Assembly (NCBI GenBank): GCA_022729235.1
Contig: JALDAJ010000001.1
Location: forward strand, 192,001-256,000
Reading direction: 5' to 3'
Origin: Candidatus Nanohalarchaeota archaeon
Lineage (GTDB): Archaea > Nanohalarchaeota > Nanosalinia > Nanosalinales > Nanosalinaceae
Length of the DNA stretch: 64,000 nt
Of the stretch, positions 46,499 through 56,400 are shown piece by piece. Every line of letters begins with the position of its first letter. Position 1 is the stretch's first letter. The notes beneath the pieces are model-generated. The model was not told the DNA's origin, ran no database searches, and was given only the letters and a program-made list of their open reading frames with translations. A program made the position numbers and the translations under genes.

Positions 46499-48742
46499 AT
46501 GGGTATCGATAGTTTCCTGGACAAGCTGAAATCAAGTGATGAGGACTTCGAGGAGCAGATTGAACAGCTCCAGGAGGAGGAAACAACCGAGGTACGGAAC
46601 CAGATCAATAATGCTATCGGCGAATCACTTTCAGAGCTTGAAAATGAGTGGAAGAAGGCGTTCGAGACATACCGGAAACGCGACCAAGAACGCTTCCTTG
46701 AGGCAGTCAAGAACATAAAGAGAAATATAGTTGAGGAAATATCCGAGGAACTGGGGGAAATAACTGAACGAGAGCACGAAGAGATAGAACAGCAGATAAA
46801 AACACAGTTAGGGACTTTTGAACAGCGGCTAGGAAACGTAGAACAGGAATTAAAGCACGATATTGGTACAAAGGCAGACAGAAACTGGGTAGAAGAACTT
46901 GAAGACCGTATCGAACAGTTTCTAGAAGAAGAAAAACAGCTCGAAGAAGAATTTGACGGATTCAGGTCCGAAACCAACTCCCGCCTCAACGAGCTTCGGA
47001 CTGATACGTCAGAGAACCGAGAAATAGTGAAGAGCCTCCAGGAAAACCTGGAGAAGCATGAATCCGGCACTGATAACCGATTCGAGAAGCACCGGGATAG
47101 ACTAAACGCTGAAAGCCAGACCCGGGAAGAGATGGAGGAACGCCTCAAGAACAGGATATCCTCGCTCTCGACCGAGTTCGACTCCATGGAGGAGTCTGTA
47201 CACGAGAAGACACAGAACGTACTTGACTCGAACAAGAAGATGTCCCAGAGACTGGACAACATCCAGAAACGGATGGACGAAGCCGGGGAGGCAAGACTGA
47301 ATCTCCGTGAGGAACTTGAAAAAGAACGGGAGCAACGTCTCGAAGAAGTAAAGAACAAGGTGATAGAAAAGACACCAGATCATGAAGATGTCAACAGACT
47401 CCGGGAGAAGCATGCCTCGCTCCAGAACGAGATGGATGAGAAAGCTGAAACAACCGAGATAAGCCGGCTTGAGGAGAACATCGGATCTTTCGAGAAAAGA
47501 CTTGACAGTTTATCAGAAACATTACCGGAGAAACATGAGATTCAGAACCTTGAAGACCGGGTGGAAGAAGTCAAAGAGGAATTATACGGATCTCTGGATG
47601 AGACACGCGGAGACCTGCACGAACGGATTGAGGAGAAAGTTGCGGAGATACAGGAAGAGATAAACCAGCTCGAGGACGCGGCAGAACACGACCGGAACGA
47701 GCTCTGGGGTAAGACAAGCGAACTCGGCTCCTGGCTGGAATCCATACAGGGACGGGTTGAAGAGGTTGAAGACAACAGGGACGAGTTCTGGGACAACCTT
47801 GAGACCACGAGAGCGGAACAGCGGGAGCTAAGGCAGGATGTTGAAGAAAAAGAAGAGAATCTGTCATCTAGAATAGAGGGTGTCGAGAACTCTCTCAATT
47901 CACGGGCAGATAACCTTGAGGAAAACATGTCACAGAACAAGAGCGAGCTGGAAGCCCGGATAGAAAGGGAGACCGGAGAAGTGAGAGATAAACTATCTTC
48001 AAGAATCCAGGATGTTGAAAGCGGTGCTGAGTCAAGAATGGACTCTATACAACAGAGCATATCCGAGACAAAGAACGACTTCGAGACCCAGCTGGACAGG
48101 AAGACAAAGATGTTGAGACAGGATCTAAACGATAATTTAGAGCAGGAAGTCGAGATACTTGACAACAAAGTTGAATCCAACAGGGATAGTCGTGAATCGA
48201 TGAGAAGCGAAGTGAAAGGAGAGCTCCAGTCTGTAGAGAAGAAAGTTGACAGCCTCAACCAGGAGATGGAAGGACTGCGTTCAAGGCTCGAAGACGAAAA
48301 AGCAAACCTGAAACAGGAGCTGATGAATGTAGAAAACGAGATCGATGATCTCAGATCAGAAATAGGGAAAAAAGCGGACAAATCCCGGTTCTCAAACATC
48401 GATGTCGAAGCTCTACACCGCAATGCACAGCAGTTGCAGGAAAGAGCAGAAACCGCGCCCGGTAGCGGTACCGCACCGCCCGAAAACAACAATCAACAGG
48501 ATTTAAGCGATACTCTGAGACCCTCCGAAGTTACCTGGAACATGGAAGGTAACCGTGCAAAAGTAGAGGGAAGTTTAGAGTTCAGGAGAAATATTGACGG
48601 CAACTACCTGTACACTTTCTCAGACGGACAGGACAGCATCATAGTCAAGAGCAACTTAAGACTTGAAGAAGGACCGGAAACGCTTACAGGAAGAATAAAG
48701 ACAATGGACGACATTCTCTACCTCGAACCTGAACACGCTTAA
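46499..48742 (+). CDS. Long coiled-coil protein with C-terminal beta (OB-fold-like) domain
   Basis: About 650 aa of acidic helical heptads, Pro-rich linker, beta-rich end (AKVEG...YLYTFSDG...LTGRI). Confidence 0.8.
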   Translation: MGIDSFLDKLKSSDEDFEEQIEQLQEEETTEVRNQINNAIGESLSELENEWKKAFETYRKRDQERFLEAVKNIKRNIVEEISEELGEITEREHEEIEQQIKTQLGTFEQRLGNVEQELKHDIGTKADRNWVEELEDRIEQFLEEEKQLEEEFDGFRSETNSRLNELRTDTSENREIVKSLQENLEKHESGTDNRFEKHRDRLNAESQTREEMEERLKNRISSLSTEFDSMEESVHEKTQNVLDSNKKMSQRLDNIQKRMDEAGEARLNLREELEKEREQRLEEVKNKVIEKTPDHEDVNRLREKHASLQNEMDEKAETTEISRLEENIGSFEKRLDSLSETLPEKHEIQNLEDRVEEVKEELYGSLDETRGDLHERIEEKVAEIQEEINQLEDAAEHDRNELWGKTSELGSWLESIQGRVEEVEDNRDEFWDNLETTRAEQRELRQDVEEKEENLSSRIEGVENSLNSRADNLEENMSQNKSELEARIERETGEVRDKLSSRIQDVESGAESRMDSIQQSISETKNDFETQLDRKTKMLRQDLNDNLEQEVEILDNKVESNRDSRESMRSEVKGELQSVEKKVDSLNQEMEGLRSRLEDEKANLKQELMNVENEIDDLRSEIGKKADKSRFSNIDVEALHRNAQQLQERAETAPGSGTAPPENNNQQDLSDTLRPSEVTWNMEGNRAKVEGSLEFRRNIDGNYLYTFSDGQDSIIVKSNLRLEEGPETLTGRIKTMDDILYLEPEHA

Positions 48743-48780
48743 AAGTGTTATACTCGATTTCTTCTATACTCATTTACAAT

Positions 48781-48855
48781 GCGGCCGTGGTGTAGTCCGG
48801 TCAATCATCTCGGCCTTTCGAGCCGATCACCCGGGTTCAAATCCCGGCGGCCGCA
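48781..48855 (+). tRNA. tRNA-Glu(TTC)
   Basis: GCGGCCG/CGGCCGC acceptor, TCGGC-CTTTCGA-GCCGA anticodon arm, GTTCAAATC. Confidence 0.94.
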
Positions 48856-48911
48856 TAACCTTTCAGGTTCTACTTGAGCCGGGTTTTGAAGGAAAAATCC
48901 TGGCGGCCGCA
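48839..48911. repeat. Duplication of tRNA-Glu 3' end at 56-nt offset with inverted copy
   Basis: AAATCCCGGCGGCCGCA (48839) and AAATCCTGGCGGCCGCA (48895); GCCGGGTTTTGAA at 48878 is complementary to the T-arm. Confidence 0.85.
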
Positions 48912-48932
48912 CTTAATTATCTTCTATAAACA

Positions 48933-49250
48933 CTACTCGTTATTCTGCTTATACGTGCTCCACATGTAAACCAGTCTCTTGAAACAGTTCTTCCAGTCGT
49001 CTTCTCTGGTGAAGAACATCTTCTTCCATTCACCATCAATTTTCAGCATTATAGAGGGAAAAACAGGGTCAAGCTCGAAATCCAGGTCTTCTACATCCGA
49101 ATATTTCACGGAGTCAAGTATGATCTCTCTCGAAAACATGTCCGAAATCCGCTCCCAGTCCTCCACATCTTCTCTTTCCCGGGAAATACTTCCAAGACCT
49201 AAAGTGACATCACCCAGTTTTGATTCAAAGGTCTCCTCATCTTCGTTCAT
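48933..49250 (-). CDS. Hypothetical protein
   Basis: 105-aa ORF abutting citryl-CoA lyase. Confidence 0.6.
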   Translation of the reverse strand: MNEDEETFESKLGDVTLGLGSISREREDVEDWERISDMFSREIILDSVKYSDVEDLDFELDPVFPSIMLKIDGEWKKMFFTREDDWKNCFKRLVYMWSTYKQNNE

Positions 49251-49952
49251 CTAATCACCGATGTACTCTCCTTCTTCACGCCGGAAGTCTTCCTCGTCCA
49301 TCTCTTCACGTACGTGCGCGACGAGTCCCGGTGTCCTCGCGATTATGAACAATCCTTTCCCAAGTTCAGGCTCCCAGCCGAGGTCAGACATAACCGAGGC
49401 GATAGCACCGTCCACATTGATAACCAGCCGTGTCTTCCTTTCTGCGAACTCTTCCTGTATCCGTCTTATCTTCTCAACGTGCTCTCCAGCGATGCCAAGT
49501 TCTTCCGCTTTCTCGAATATCTTCTCGGCTCTAGGATCCTCCTCGTCATAGACCTTATGCCCTATACCAGGGAGTTTCTCACCCCTGTCGAGGCATCCTT
49601 CAACTATCTCTTCCGCCCCGTCTTCCTGCTGGAGCATCTCCATCGCGCCCTCGATAGCGCCACCGTGCTTGTCGCCGAGCGCGAGCACGCCAGAGGCTAC
49701 ACTAGCATTCATATCGTTTCCTCCGCTCTGGACGGTGCGGGCGGAAACAGTTGACGGGTTGCCGATGCCGTGGTCGATACAGCTCGAAAGTATCGTGTTG
49801 AAAATTTCCGATTCTCCGTCGCTTGGCTCTTCCCCTCTCAGCACCAGCCAGATAGCGTCCGCGAAATCCATGTCCATCACGTCTTCCAGTAGCTCTCCTC
49901 GGACAACCGCGTCCTCACCGCTTGAAGAGATACTAGTCTCCCACTCCGACAT
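49251..49952 (-). CDS. Citryl-CoA lyase (citrate-synthase-like domain)
   Basis: W.TSIS, DHG...PST..AR, HGGAIE, PGIGH, DPR, INVDGAIA, R.PGLVAH. Confidence 0.88.
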   Translation of the reverse strand: MSEWETSISSSGEDAVVRGELLEDVMDMDFADAIWLVLRGEEPSDGESEIFNTILSSCIDHGIGNPSTVSARTVQSGGNDMNASVASGVLALGDKHGGAIEGAMEMLQQEDGAEEIVEGCLDRGEKLPGIGHKVYDEEDPRAEKIFEKAEELGIAGEHVEKIRRIQEEFAERKTRLVINVDGAIASVMSDLGWEPELGKGLFIIARTPGLVAHVREEMDEEDFRREEGEYIGD

Positions 49953-50355
49953 GTTCTTCACCCGATTTGTTGATCGAGATTTGTCGCATCGTAAGGTCTT
50001 CCAGTATCTCGTTTACCGATACTTCGCCTGGTTCAAGGGCTTTCAAGAGAGATGAGCCGACCCTTTTCCTCCAGACCTCATCTATTTTCTCTCGGGTCCT
50101 ACCCGAACCATCTTCATAGGTAAGCTCGATTACCGCATTTTCCTCACCGCTGGCGTAGACCTCTATAGTATGACTTGAAGAATCTATTTTCAGGTAACGC
50201 GCATCCTCTCCCAGTTGCATCTCTAGAGATTCCTCGTCCTCATATCTGTCACCGTGGTCGCGTAGTTGTGCCAAAAAACGGTTAATATCATACTCCTCAC
50301 CTATACTACTTTTCCGGTAAGCAATACCTCCTTCTCTTCCGTATAACGTCCTCAA
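49933..50355 (-). CDS. Hypothetical protein
   Basis: ORF overlapping both neighbours in the operon. Confidence 0.55.
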   Translation of the reverse strand: MRTLYGREGGIAYRKSSIGEEYDINRFLAQLRDHGDRYEDEESLEMQLGEDARYLKIDSSSHTIEVYASGEENAVIELTYEDGSGRTREKIDEVWRKRVGSSLLKALEPGEVSVNEILEDLTMRQISINKSGEEHVGVGD

Positions 50356-51242
50356 AGTATCTCCTCCAGTTTGTCGCCTATCTCGTGGTGCACGTCTACC
50401 ACGTGTGCACCTGCGTCTTGGAGGGCTTTAACTTTACCTGACGGCGTGCCTCTTTCACCCCTTATGATGGCGCCGGCGTGCCCGTACTTCTTCTCGGGCA
50501 TCTCCTCCGTGAACTTTCCGGCGATGAAAGCAATCAGCGGCTTCGAGAACCCTCCCTTCTCCAGCAGTTCCGCGGCTTTCTCTTCGTAGGTACCGCCTAG
50601 CTCGCCGTACATGACGACCGCTTCCGTCTGAGGGTCTTCCTCGAAAAGCTTTAGCGCGTCCTCGAAGGACGTTCCGGCGATTACGTCTCCGCCGAGACCA
50701 GCTGCTGTCGAGATACCGTAGCCTTTCTGCCTGATGACCCACGCGGTCTCCGTTGTCATCCCTCCGCTCTTCGATATCACTCCTACCTTACCCGGCTCGT
50801 ATACTTTTCCAGGACTGCTTCCGCCGATAGGCCCGAGCTTGCACTCGCCCGGCGTTATTATACCGACCGAGGTCGGTCCGACAACTCTTGCGCCTTTCTC
50901 TCTTGCTTTCTCGTTTATCTTCCACGCATCTTTCGTAGGTATCCGTTCAGTCACGATGTTAAGGAGCGGTATATCGTTCTCCAGCGCCTCGAACGCTGCG
51001 TCTTTAGCCGCGAAGCTGGGTACGTACACGAGCGATGCATTAATTTCTGGGTGCTCGTTAAGCGCCTCCCTGACGGTGTCGTAGACCGGTACGCCCGTGA
51101 CTTCCTGCCCGCCTTTGCCCGGAGTCACGCCCGCGACGACGTCGGTCCCGTACTCTATCATCTCCGGTACTTTTTCGGATGCCTCCCTGCCTGTTATTCC
51201 CTGGACCAGTACCTTTGTATCCTCATCAACCAGTATACTCAT
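50352..51242 (-). CDS. CoA-ligase alpha subunit (citryl-CoA/succinyl-CoA synthetase alpha-like)
   Basis: VQGITG, GVTPGKGG, SKSGG, GELGG, phospho-His motif GHAGA. Confidence 0.9.
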   Translation of the reverse strand: MSILVDEDTKVLVQGITGREASEKVPEMIEYGTDVVAGVTPGKGGQEVTGVPVYDTVREALNEHPEINASLVYVPSFAAKDAAFEALENDIPLLNIVTERIPTKDAWKINEKAREKGARVVGPTSVGIITPGECKLGPIGGSSPGKVYEPGKVGVISKSGGMTTETAWVIRQKGYGISTAAGLGGDVIAGTSFEDALKLFEEDPQTEAVVMYGELGGTYEEKAAELLEKGGFSKPLIAFIAGKFTEEMPEKKYGHAGAIIRGERGTPSGKVKALQDAGAHVVDVHHEIGDKLEEIL

Positions 51243-51895
51243 TCTTGCGTCATCTCTTCTCGAACCGCGTCTTCGATGTTTTCAAAGCTGAGTTCTTCTA
51301 TCTGTTTCCCGTTCCAGTCGGAGCCAAATGTGTTGAACTGTTTCACCCAGACGAACTCCATGCCGACTTTCCGGCATCCTTGATCCACTCTCGCATTGTT
51401 TCCAAAATAGGTGAACTCCTCCGCGCGTTCGTCCCGGATATTGAGAAAAGCCTGGAAAATATCTCTCGATGGTTTCTCCGCGCCGACTTCTTCTGAGACA
51501 ACGTAGCCCTCGTAGTTGATGTAGTGGTTCCTGAAAACATCAATCATGAACTCTTTCTCCTCCACAGAATTGTCGCTGATGAAGCCTATAGTTCCCAGCT
51601 GAGAGTTGCACCTCATAAGGGTTTCGGGTATCTCGCTTCCCGCGATGAACCTCCGCGCCTTTCTCCTGTACGCCTCCACTATATCTTCCGGGTCTGCCTT
51701 GAGATTGTTCGACATCAGGAAATCGTGGACCTCCTGTAGCTTGAAGATGTTGTACTCGTAAATCGGGAACCTCGGTATATCCTTCTCAGGGTATCCCTGC
51801 TCCACCAAGACATCCTTCACCGCCTCGTTCATCAAACGGTCGTCCGGCAGTAAAGTGTCGCCGATGTCGAATACAGGTGTTTTAATCCTAGCCAT
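51239..51895 (-). CDS. HAD-superfamily hydrolase
   Basis: VFDIGDTL, ISD, SEEVGAEKP, GNN...D. Confidence 0.8.
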   Translation of the reverse strand: MARIKTPVFDIGDTLLPDDRLMNEAVKDVLVEQGYPEKDIPRFPIYEYNIFKLQEVHDFLMSNNLKADPEDIVEAYRRKARRFIAGSEIPETLMRCNSQLGTIGFISDNSVEEKEFMIDVFRNHYINYEGYVVSEEVGAEKPSRDIFQAFLNIRDERAEEFTYFGNNARVDQGCRKVGMEFVWVKQFNTFGSDWNGKQIEELSFENIEDAVREEMTQE

Positions 51896-53057
51896 CAGTC
51901 GAAACCTCCGGTTTCTCATCCTCCGAACTCTCCGAGTTTCGTCCGTCCACCATCTCCATCAAGACCTCCGCGGTCTCAGTCATCGGAGTGTCATTCCTGA
52001 AAAGCTCCATTTCGAGCCCGAGTTTGTCGCGGGTCTCCCTCAGCAGCTCGAACGCTTTATCGGCGTTCGGTCCGTCTCGCCTCACAACTATCGGGTAGTC
52101 CGGCTCGATTTCTTCCAGCGCCTGGCAGAAGCCTTTCATGGTGCGATAGATGTCGGTGTTGTTTGCTGTTCCTCCTGCATGCCAGCAACCCTCAAGACCG
52201 GGCTTTGAAAGCACTATTTTCGATAACCGGTAGACCTTCTCCGTGGGCGGATTGCCCCCGTATTCAGTGTAGTTCGCCGGGCTTCCGCCGTACGATATCA
52301 GCGCGTCCATATTTGTCAGTGACGCGCCACCCCCGGCAAGCATCATCGCGATGTCGCCGTCCAGCTCGGTGTATTTGCCCGCGATTCCATGGTGGTCGTC
52401 CTCATCGATTCTCTCCGCTTTAATCTCTCTATCTGTTTTCTCCCTGCCGAACTCTGACCGCTCCGAATAGTCGCGGTCGTGCCTGTAGGACGCGTCATCC
52501 TCTAAATCTATCACCGCATCCAGAACCACATATCCCTCTCCCGTCTTGACGAGCGGGTTGACCTCCAGCATCCGGGCGTCCTCCTCGAAGAAGCAATGCG
52601 CCAGCTTCTCCAGCGCGGAACCCAGTTTAACGATGTCGTCGCTTTCTACACTGTTCTCCTTCAGAAACTGCCGTATCCTCCACTGCAGGACATCTTCAAG
52701 CACCAGTTTCTCGACTTCTCTATCCTCGATTCCTGTTCCACCGTCTCTAGAAAACATGAGCACAGGTTTTCTCAAATCGGTATCGTAGATTATAGCGGCG
52801 TAGTATTCCGCCGAGTAATCAACTTTCTCCTCGACCAGGACTTCCTCCACACGGCGACCATTGACCTCGCTACCTCTCATCTCCGAGGCAATTTCCTCTG
52901 CTTCCTTCCTGCTGGATGCGAACTTGACACCGCCGTGCTCCTTCCTGTTCTTCGCCAGCACCTGTGCCTTGACCACGTACTCTTCTCCGTTATCGCGGGG
53001 CGTCTCCAGACCGTAGTTTTCGAGAAGTTCCTTGGCTTCGTGTTCGAAAAGCTTCAC
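51888..53057 (-). CDS. ATP-grasp beta subunit with ATP-citrate-lyase-type citrate-binding domain (GTG start)
   Basis: KLFEHEAKELL, VKAQV, LEVNPL, AGGGAS, ANYTEYGGNP, GGTANNT, VRRDGPN. Confidence 0.85.
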   Translation of the reverse strand: MKLFEHEAKELLENYGLETPRDNGEEYVVKAQVLAKNRKEHGGVKFASSRKEAEEIASEMRGSEVNGRRVEEVLVEEKVDYSAEYYAAIIYDTDLRKPVLMFSRDGGTGIEDREVEKLVLEDVLQWRIRQFLKENSVESDDIVKLGSALEKLAHCFFEEDARMLEVNPLVKTGEGYVVLDAVIDLEDDASYRHDRDYSERSEFGREKTDREIKAERIDEDDHHGIAGKYTELDGDIAMMLAGGGASLTNMDALISYGGSPANYTEYGGNPPTEKVYRLSKIVLSKPGLEGCWHAGGTANNTDIYRTMKGFCQALEEIEPDYPIVVRRDGPNADKAFELLRETRDKLGLEMELFRNDTPMTETAEVLMEMVDGRNSESSEDEKPEVSTDG

Positions 53058-53108
53058 GTTAACCGTGTTGTATCCAAAACTTAAAGCATTCACTGAGAAT
53101 CGGATACC

Positions 53109-53627
53109 ATGGTATACACCGGTCGCGGCGATAAGGGAGAAACTGATCTCGGCTCAGGCGAGAGCGTGGGAAAGGACTCGGAGAGACTTGAAGCGTACGG
53201 AACCGTCGACGAATTAAATTCTCTTCTCGGCGTGGTAGCTTCGAAGTCAGAGAGAAAAAGAGAGGATATCGAGGCGATACAGAACGAGCTGCATATTTTA
53301 CAGGCGGAGCTAGCAGACATGAACTCGGAGCACAGGATTACTGAAGAAGACATCGATAGGCTTGAAAACGAGTGTGATTCTTACCAAGAAGAACTGCCTC
53401 ATCCAGGAGGTTTCGTAATATCCGGGGGTACGGAAACTGCAAGCTATCTACATCTTGCACGTTCAGTAGCGAGGAGAGCAGAGAGAAAAATTGCGGCGCT
53501 GAGAAACGAGAAATATATCCAGCCAGAAGTATTGACGTATATTAACCGGTTGAGCGACCTGTTCTTCCTGATGGCGCGGCACGAGAACCATGTTGAAGGT
53601 GTCGAGGAGAAGAATCCGGACTACTGA
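53109..53627 (+). CDS. pduO: PduO-type cob(I)alamin adenosyltransferase
   Basis: YTGRGDKGET, AYGTVDELNS, ARSVARRAER, YINRLSDLFF. Confidence 0.93.
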   Translation: MVYTGRGDKGETDLGSGESVGKDSERLEAYGTVDELNSLLGVVASKSERKREDIEAIQNELHILQAELADMNSEHRITEEDIDRLENECDSYQEELPHPGGFVISGGTETASYLHLARSVARRAERKIAALRNEKYIQPEVLTYINRLSDLFFLMARHENHVEGVEEKNPDY

Positions 53628-54374
53628 TTACATCTTCCGCGTCCATTCGTTGCTGGAGAACTTTTCATCAGCCAGTTCGCACGCCTCTTCAAGCTCTTCC
53701 TCGGTCAGCGAACCTTCTTTCCCACCGTATTCTTCCTTGAACTTTTGCTTCATCTCGTCGATGACTTCTTCCCGTGAATGTTCGATATAGTCCTTCATTA
53801 CCGCAACCCGTTTCTCCGCAGATTCTATCGCCTTGTCCGACACTTTCTCCTTACCGATGCGCAGAGCTTTCAGCATCTTTCTAGTATCGAGGTCGTAGCT
53901 CAGCATGGTGTGGTGCAGTACCGCGTCCTGTTTCCTCAACTGTGCGGCACCACCGATTTTCCCGTCCGGGTGCTCTATGTCGTTTAGAGGTCTCCACTCC
54001 ACGTCAAGCCCAAGAGAGTTCAGCGCCTGGATAGCCCATCTGTCAAGCTCACGGTAGCTTTTTTCGACGTCCGCCGGCACCTCCTTCTTCGGTATGTAGA
54101 GCGAGTAAGTTATCACGTTTCCAGGTTCGGCGTACATCGCACCACCGCCCGTTATACGCCGTACGACCTCTATCTCGTTCTCCGTCACATAGCCATGCTG
54201 TACCTCATCTTGGTATGCCTGGAATCTTCCAAAAGGAATCGAGGAATTCTCGCGGTGCCAGAAGCGCAGTGTCGGACGCATCTCTCCACTATCCAGCTTC
54301 TCGGTCAAAACTTCGTCGAGGGCGTGGTGCACCGCCTCCGAGTATCTTCCTTCATCTATTATACGCCACTTCAT
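53628..54374 (-). CDS. lplA: Lipoate-protein ligase catalytic subunit
   Basis: VVRRITGGGAMY, NDI...GKIGGAAQ, LHHTM. Confidence 0.9.
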   Translation of the reverse strand: MKWRIIDEGRYSEAVHHALDEVLTEKLDSGEMRPTLRFWHRENSSIPFGRFQAYQDEVQHGYVTENEIEVVRRITGGGAMYAEPGNVITYSLYIPKKEVPADVEKSYRELDRWAIQALNSLGLDVEWRPLNDIEHPDGKIGGAAQLRKQDAVLHHTMLSYDLDTRKMLKALRIGKEKVSDKAIESAEKRVAVMKDYIEHSREEVIDEMKQKFKEEYGGKEGSLTEEELEEACELADEKFSSNEWTRKM

Positions 54375-54643
54375 CCAGACACCACCTTTTCCAGTGCTTC
54401 CACGACATGCTCCGGGGAGAAACCTATGAGTTCCGCGTCTACATCCTCGATAGCATCTATGACTTCTTCTTCGGAGAAGTCTGTTGGAACTCCTGTTATA
54501 GCCTCTTCTATATCTTCAAGGGCTTCAGGCGGCTGGATGAAGAAATCACCGGTTATAGAGATCTGGTTAAAGACATCGTCAAAATCAGCCTCCACTTGAA
54601 CGAGCTTACCGTCCGGTACTTTAACCGAGGCTTTCTCTGCCAT
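54371..54643 (-). CDS. lplB: Lipoate-protein ligase accessory subunit
   Basis: KVPDGKLV, ITGDFF..P.EAL..IE. Confidence 0.85.
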   Translation of the reverse strand: MAEKASVKVPDGKLVQVEADFDDVFNQISITGDFFIQPPEALEDIEEAITGVPTDFSEEEVIDAIEDVDAELIGFSPEHVVEALEKVVSG

Positions 54644-54699
54644 ACGTAGAACGGTTAAATCCCAATTTATATAGGTTGTCAAGACTAACTTCCGGTTAA

Positions 54700-55446
54700 A
54701 TGGGTCAGGTAGAGGGAATATCTTACCGTACAGAGAAAGGGGAAGGAACTCCTCTAGTCTTCATACACGGGTGGCTATGCTCGAAGGAGACCTGGGAACC
54801 TATAGATGACGAGCTTGAAATCGATAATCCGAAGGTGTTCTACGATTTGCGCTGTCACGGCGAATCCTCCTGTTCAAAATTCGACTTTGATATCCTGGCA
54901 GAGGATCTCAAAACCGTTATAGAAGAGCTCGGACTGGAGAATCCGGTACTGGTCGGGGACTCGATGGGAGGTATGGTTGCATTGACCTATGCCGTCCAGT
55001 ACGACGGTTTTTCAGGACTCTTTCTAACCGGGACCTGTGCCTCAACACCTGAACCCGAGAACTACTCGCCGCGTTTCTTCCTCGAAAAATTCGGTTCTAT
55101 GGACCGGCGTGCGTGGGCGATAGAGATAATCGAGAACTATGCCTCTGACACAGATAACGTGGAGGCGAAGGATGCAGCCCGTAAGACCCTTATAGAGGCG
55201 GGAGACACCGAAGTGATCTATGGTTTAGGTTCGATGATAAGCTACGATTTGAGAGACAGGTTAGAAGAGTTAGACACGTCTGCCGCGGTCGTGGCAGGAA
55301 AGAAAGACGGAGCGATAACTATGGAAAAATCAAAAGAACTAGCAGAGATTCTTGACGCAGAGTTACATAAAATCGATGCCACACACCTGATGTTCTCAGA
55401 GAAACCGGGAAAGATAGCCAGTTTACTTGAAAACTTCCTCTCCTGA
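54700..55446 (+). CDS. Alpha/beta hydrolase
   Basis: VFIHGW, DLRCHG, GDSMGG, G.KD, catalytic His. Confidence 0.9.
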   Translation: MGQVEGISYRTEKGEGTPLVFIHGWLCSKETWEPIDDELEIDNPKVFYDLRCHGESSCSKFDFDILAEDLKTVIEELGLENPVLVGDSMGGMVALTYAVQYDGFSGLFLTGTCASTPEPENYSPRFFLEKFGSMDRRAWAIEIIENYASDTDNVEAKDAARKTLIEAGDTEVIYGLGSMISYDLRDRLEELDTSAAVVAGKKDGAITMEKSKELAEILDAELHKIDATHLMFSEKPGKIASLLENFLS

Positions 55447-56322
55447 TTCTAAATCTTCAAATCCGTCATATCTACCCTGTAGAGAGAACCTGTTCCTGCT
55501 GTCTCCTGTCAGGAGGCAGAAGCCACGGTAATCCCTGCCTTCACCATCCACAGGATTTTCCAGCCACTCGTCTGTCGAGTAACGTTCCCTTCTCCAGTAA
55601 TCCATACCATCATCTGTAAGACTCTCCTCCCTATACTCAAAGGGAAACTTGTCGGCGATATGGTCCAGGAAGTGCTCCTGGTAAGACTCCTTCAATCCCG
55701 TCCTGTTTAACGCCGGATCCTCCGAAAGCGCTGGTAGGCGCTCTATATACTTTTTCTCTTCTACTTGGTGCTCCTCGCCGTCCCTGAGCCTTATCCACCT
55801 TTCCAGGTCCTCCGCAGGCCACTCCTCGAGAGAGACCATGCCAACGAAAAGGATTGAACCTGAATCATAGTCTACGTAAGTGCTGTTGCCTGACAGGGGC
55901 TTACCATCCAGCAGAACACATAGCTCGTCACTGTCTTCCGCGAGACCCAACCTCTCCTGTTCAACGCCAACATCCACGCAACTATCGATAATCGAAGGTC
56001 CTATGTAGCGTTCGAACAAGTCCTCTTTACGTCCCGGATACTCTCCTGACTCCGGGAGCGCTATCGCGTAGTGGAAGTCTCCCGGCTTTATCATTATCGC
56101 GGAGCCACCGGTCAGCCTCCTGTTAAGCGGCAGACCGTCACCCTTTATCTCCCCCTGATTCACGTGATTCAGGGGTTCCGATCTTGCAAGAGAGATTCCT
56201 TCTTTACTGAACTCCGAGACATCGACGACAGGCATACCTTCTCTCGCCCGGCTGAGATGGCGATTGTAAGCCGAGAAGACCTTCTCTATATCGCCTTCTA
56301 TACTCTGTAGTTCCGCGTCCAT
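55423..56322 (-). CDS. Divergent lipoate/biotin ligase-fold protein
   Basis: RRLTGGSAI and DGKPLSGNS motifs. Confidence 0.7.
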   Translation of the reverse strand: MDAELQSIEGDIEKVFSAYNRHLSRAREGMPVVDVSEFSKEGISLARSEPLNHVNQGEIKGDGLPLNRRLTGGSAIMIKPGDFHYAIALPESGEYPGRKEDLFERYIGPSIIDSCVDVGVEQERLGLAEDSDELCVLLDGKPLSGNSTYVDYDSGSILFVGMVSLEEWPAEDLERWIRLRDGEEHQVEEKKYIERLPALSEDPALNRTGLKESYQEHFLDHIADKFPFEYREESLTDDGMDYWRRERYSTDEWLENPVDGEGRDYRGFCLLTGDSRNRFSLQGRYDGFEDLESGEEVFK

Positions 56323-56400
56323 CTTTAACCGTAGATGAAAATAGGCGACACTACCTGTTAAAAAACTAGTCACCAACTCAGTTTACAGTATTCTCCATAC

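Noticed and set aside
46486-48492. Long Ser-rich - strand ORFs
   Set aside because: Antisense shadows of GAA/GAG-rich coding DNA; the same applies to most Ser/Phe-rich ORFs in the track
43943-48911. Integrated prophage/island att sites at tRNA 3' ends
   Set aside because: Duplicated ends are only 56-78 nt apart and there is no integrase or cargo
50352-53057. Plain succinyl-CoA synthetase sucCD
   Set aside because: The beta subunit has ACL-type citrate-binding motifs and the operon includes a citryl-CoA lyase
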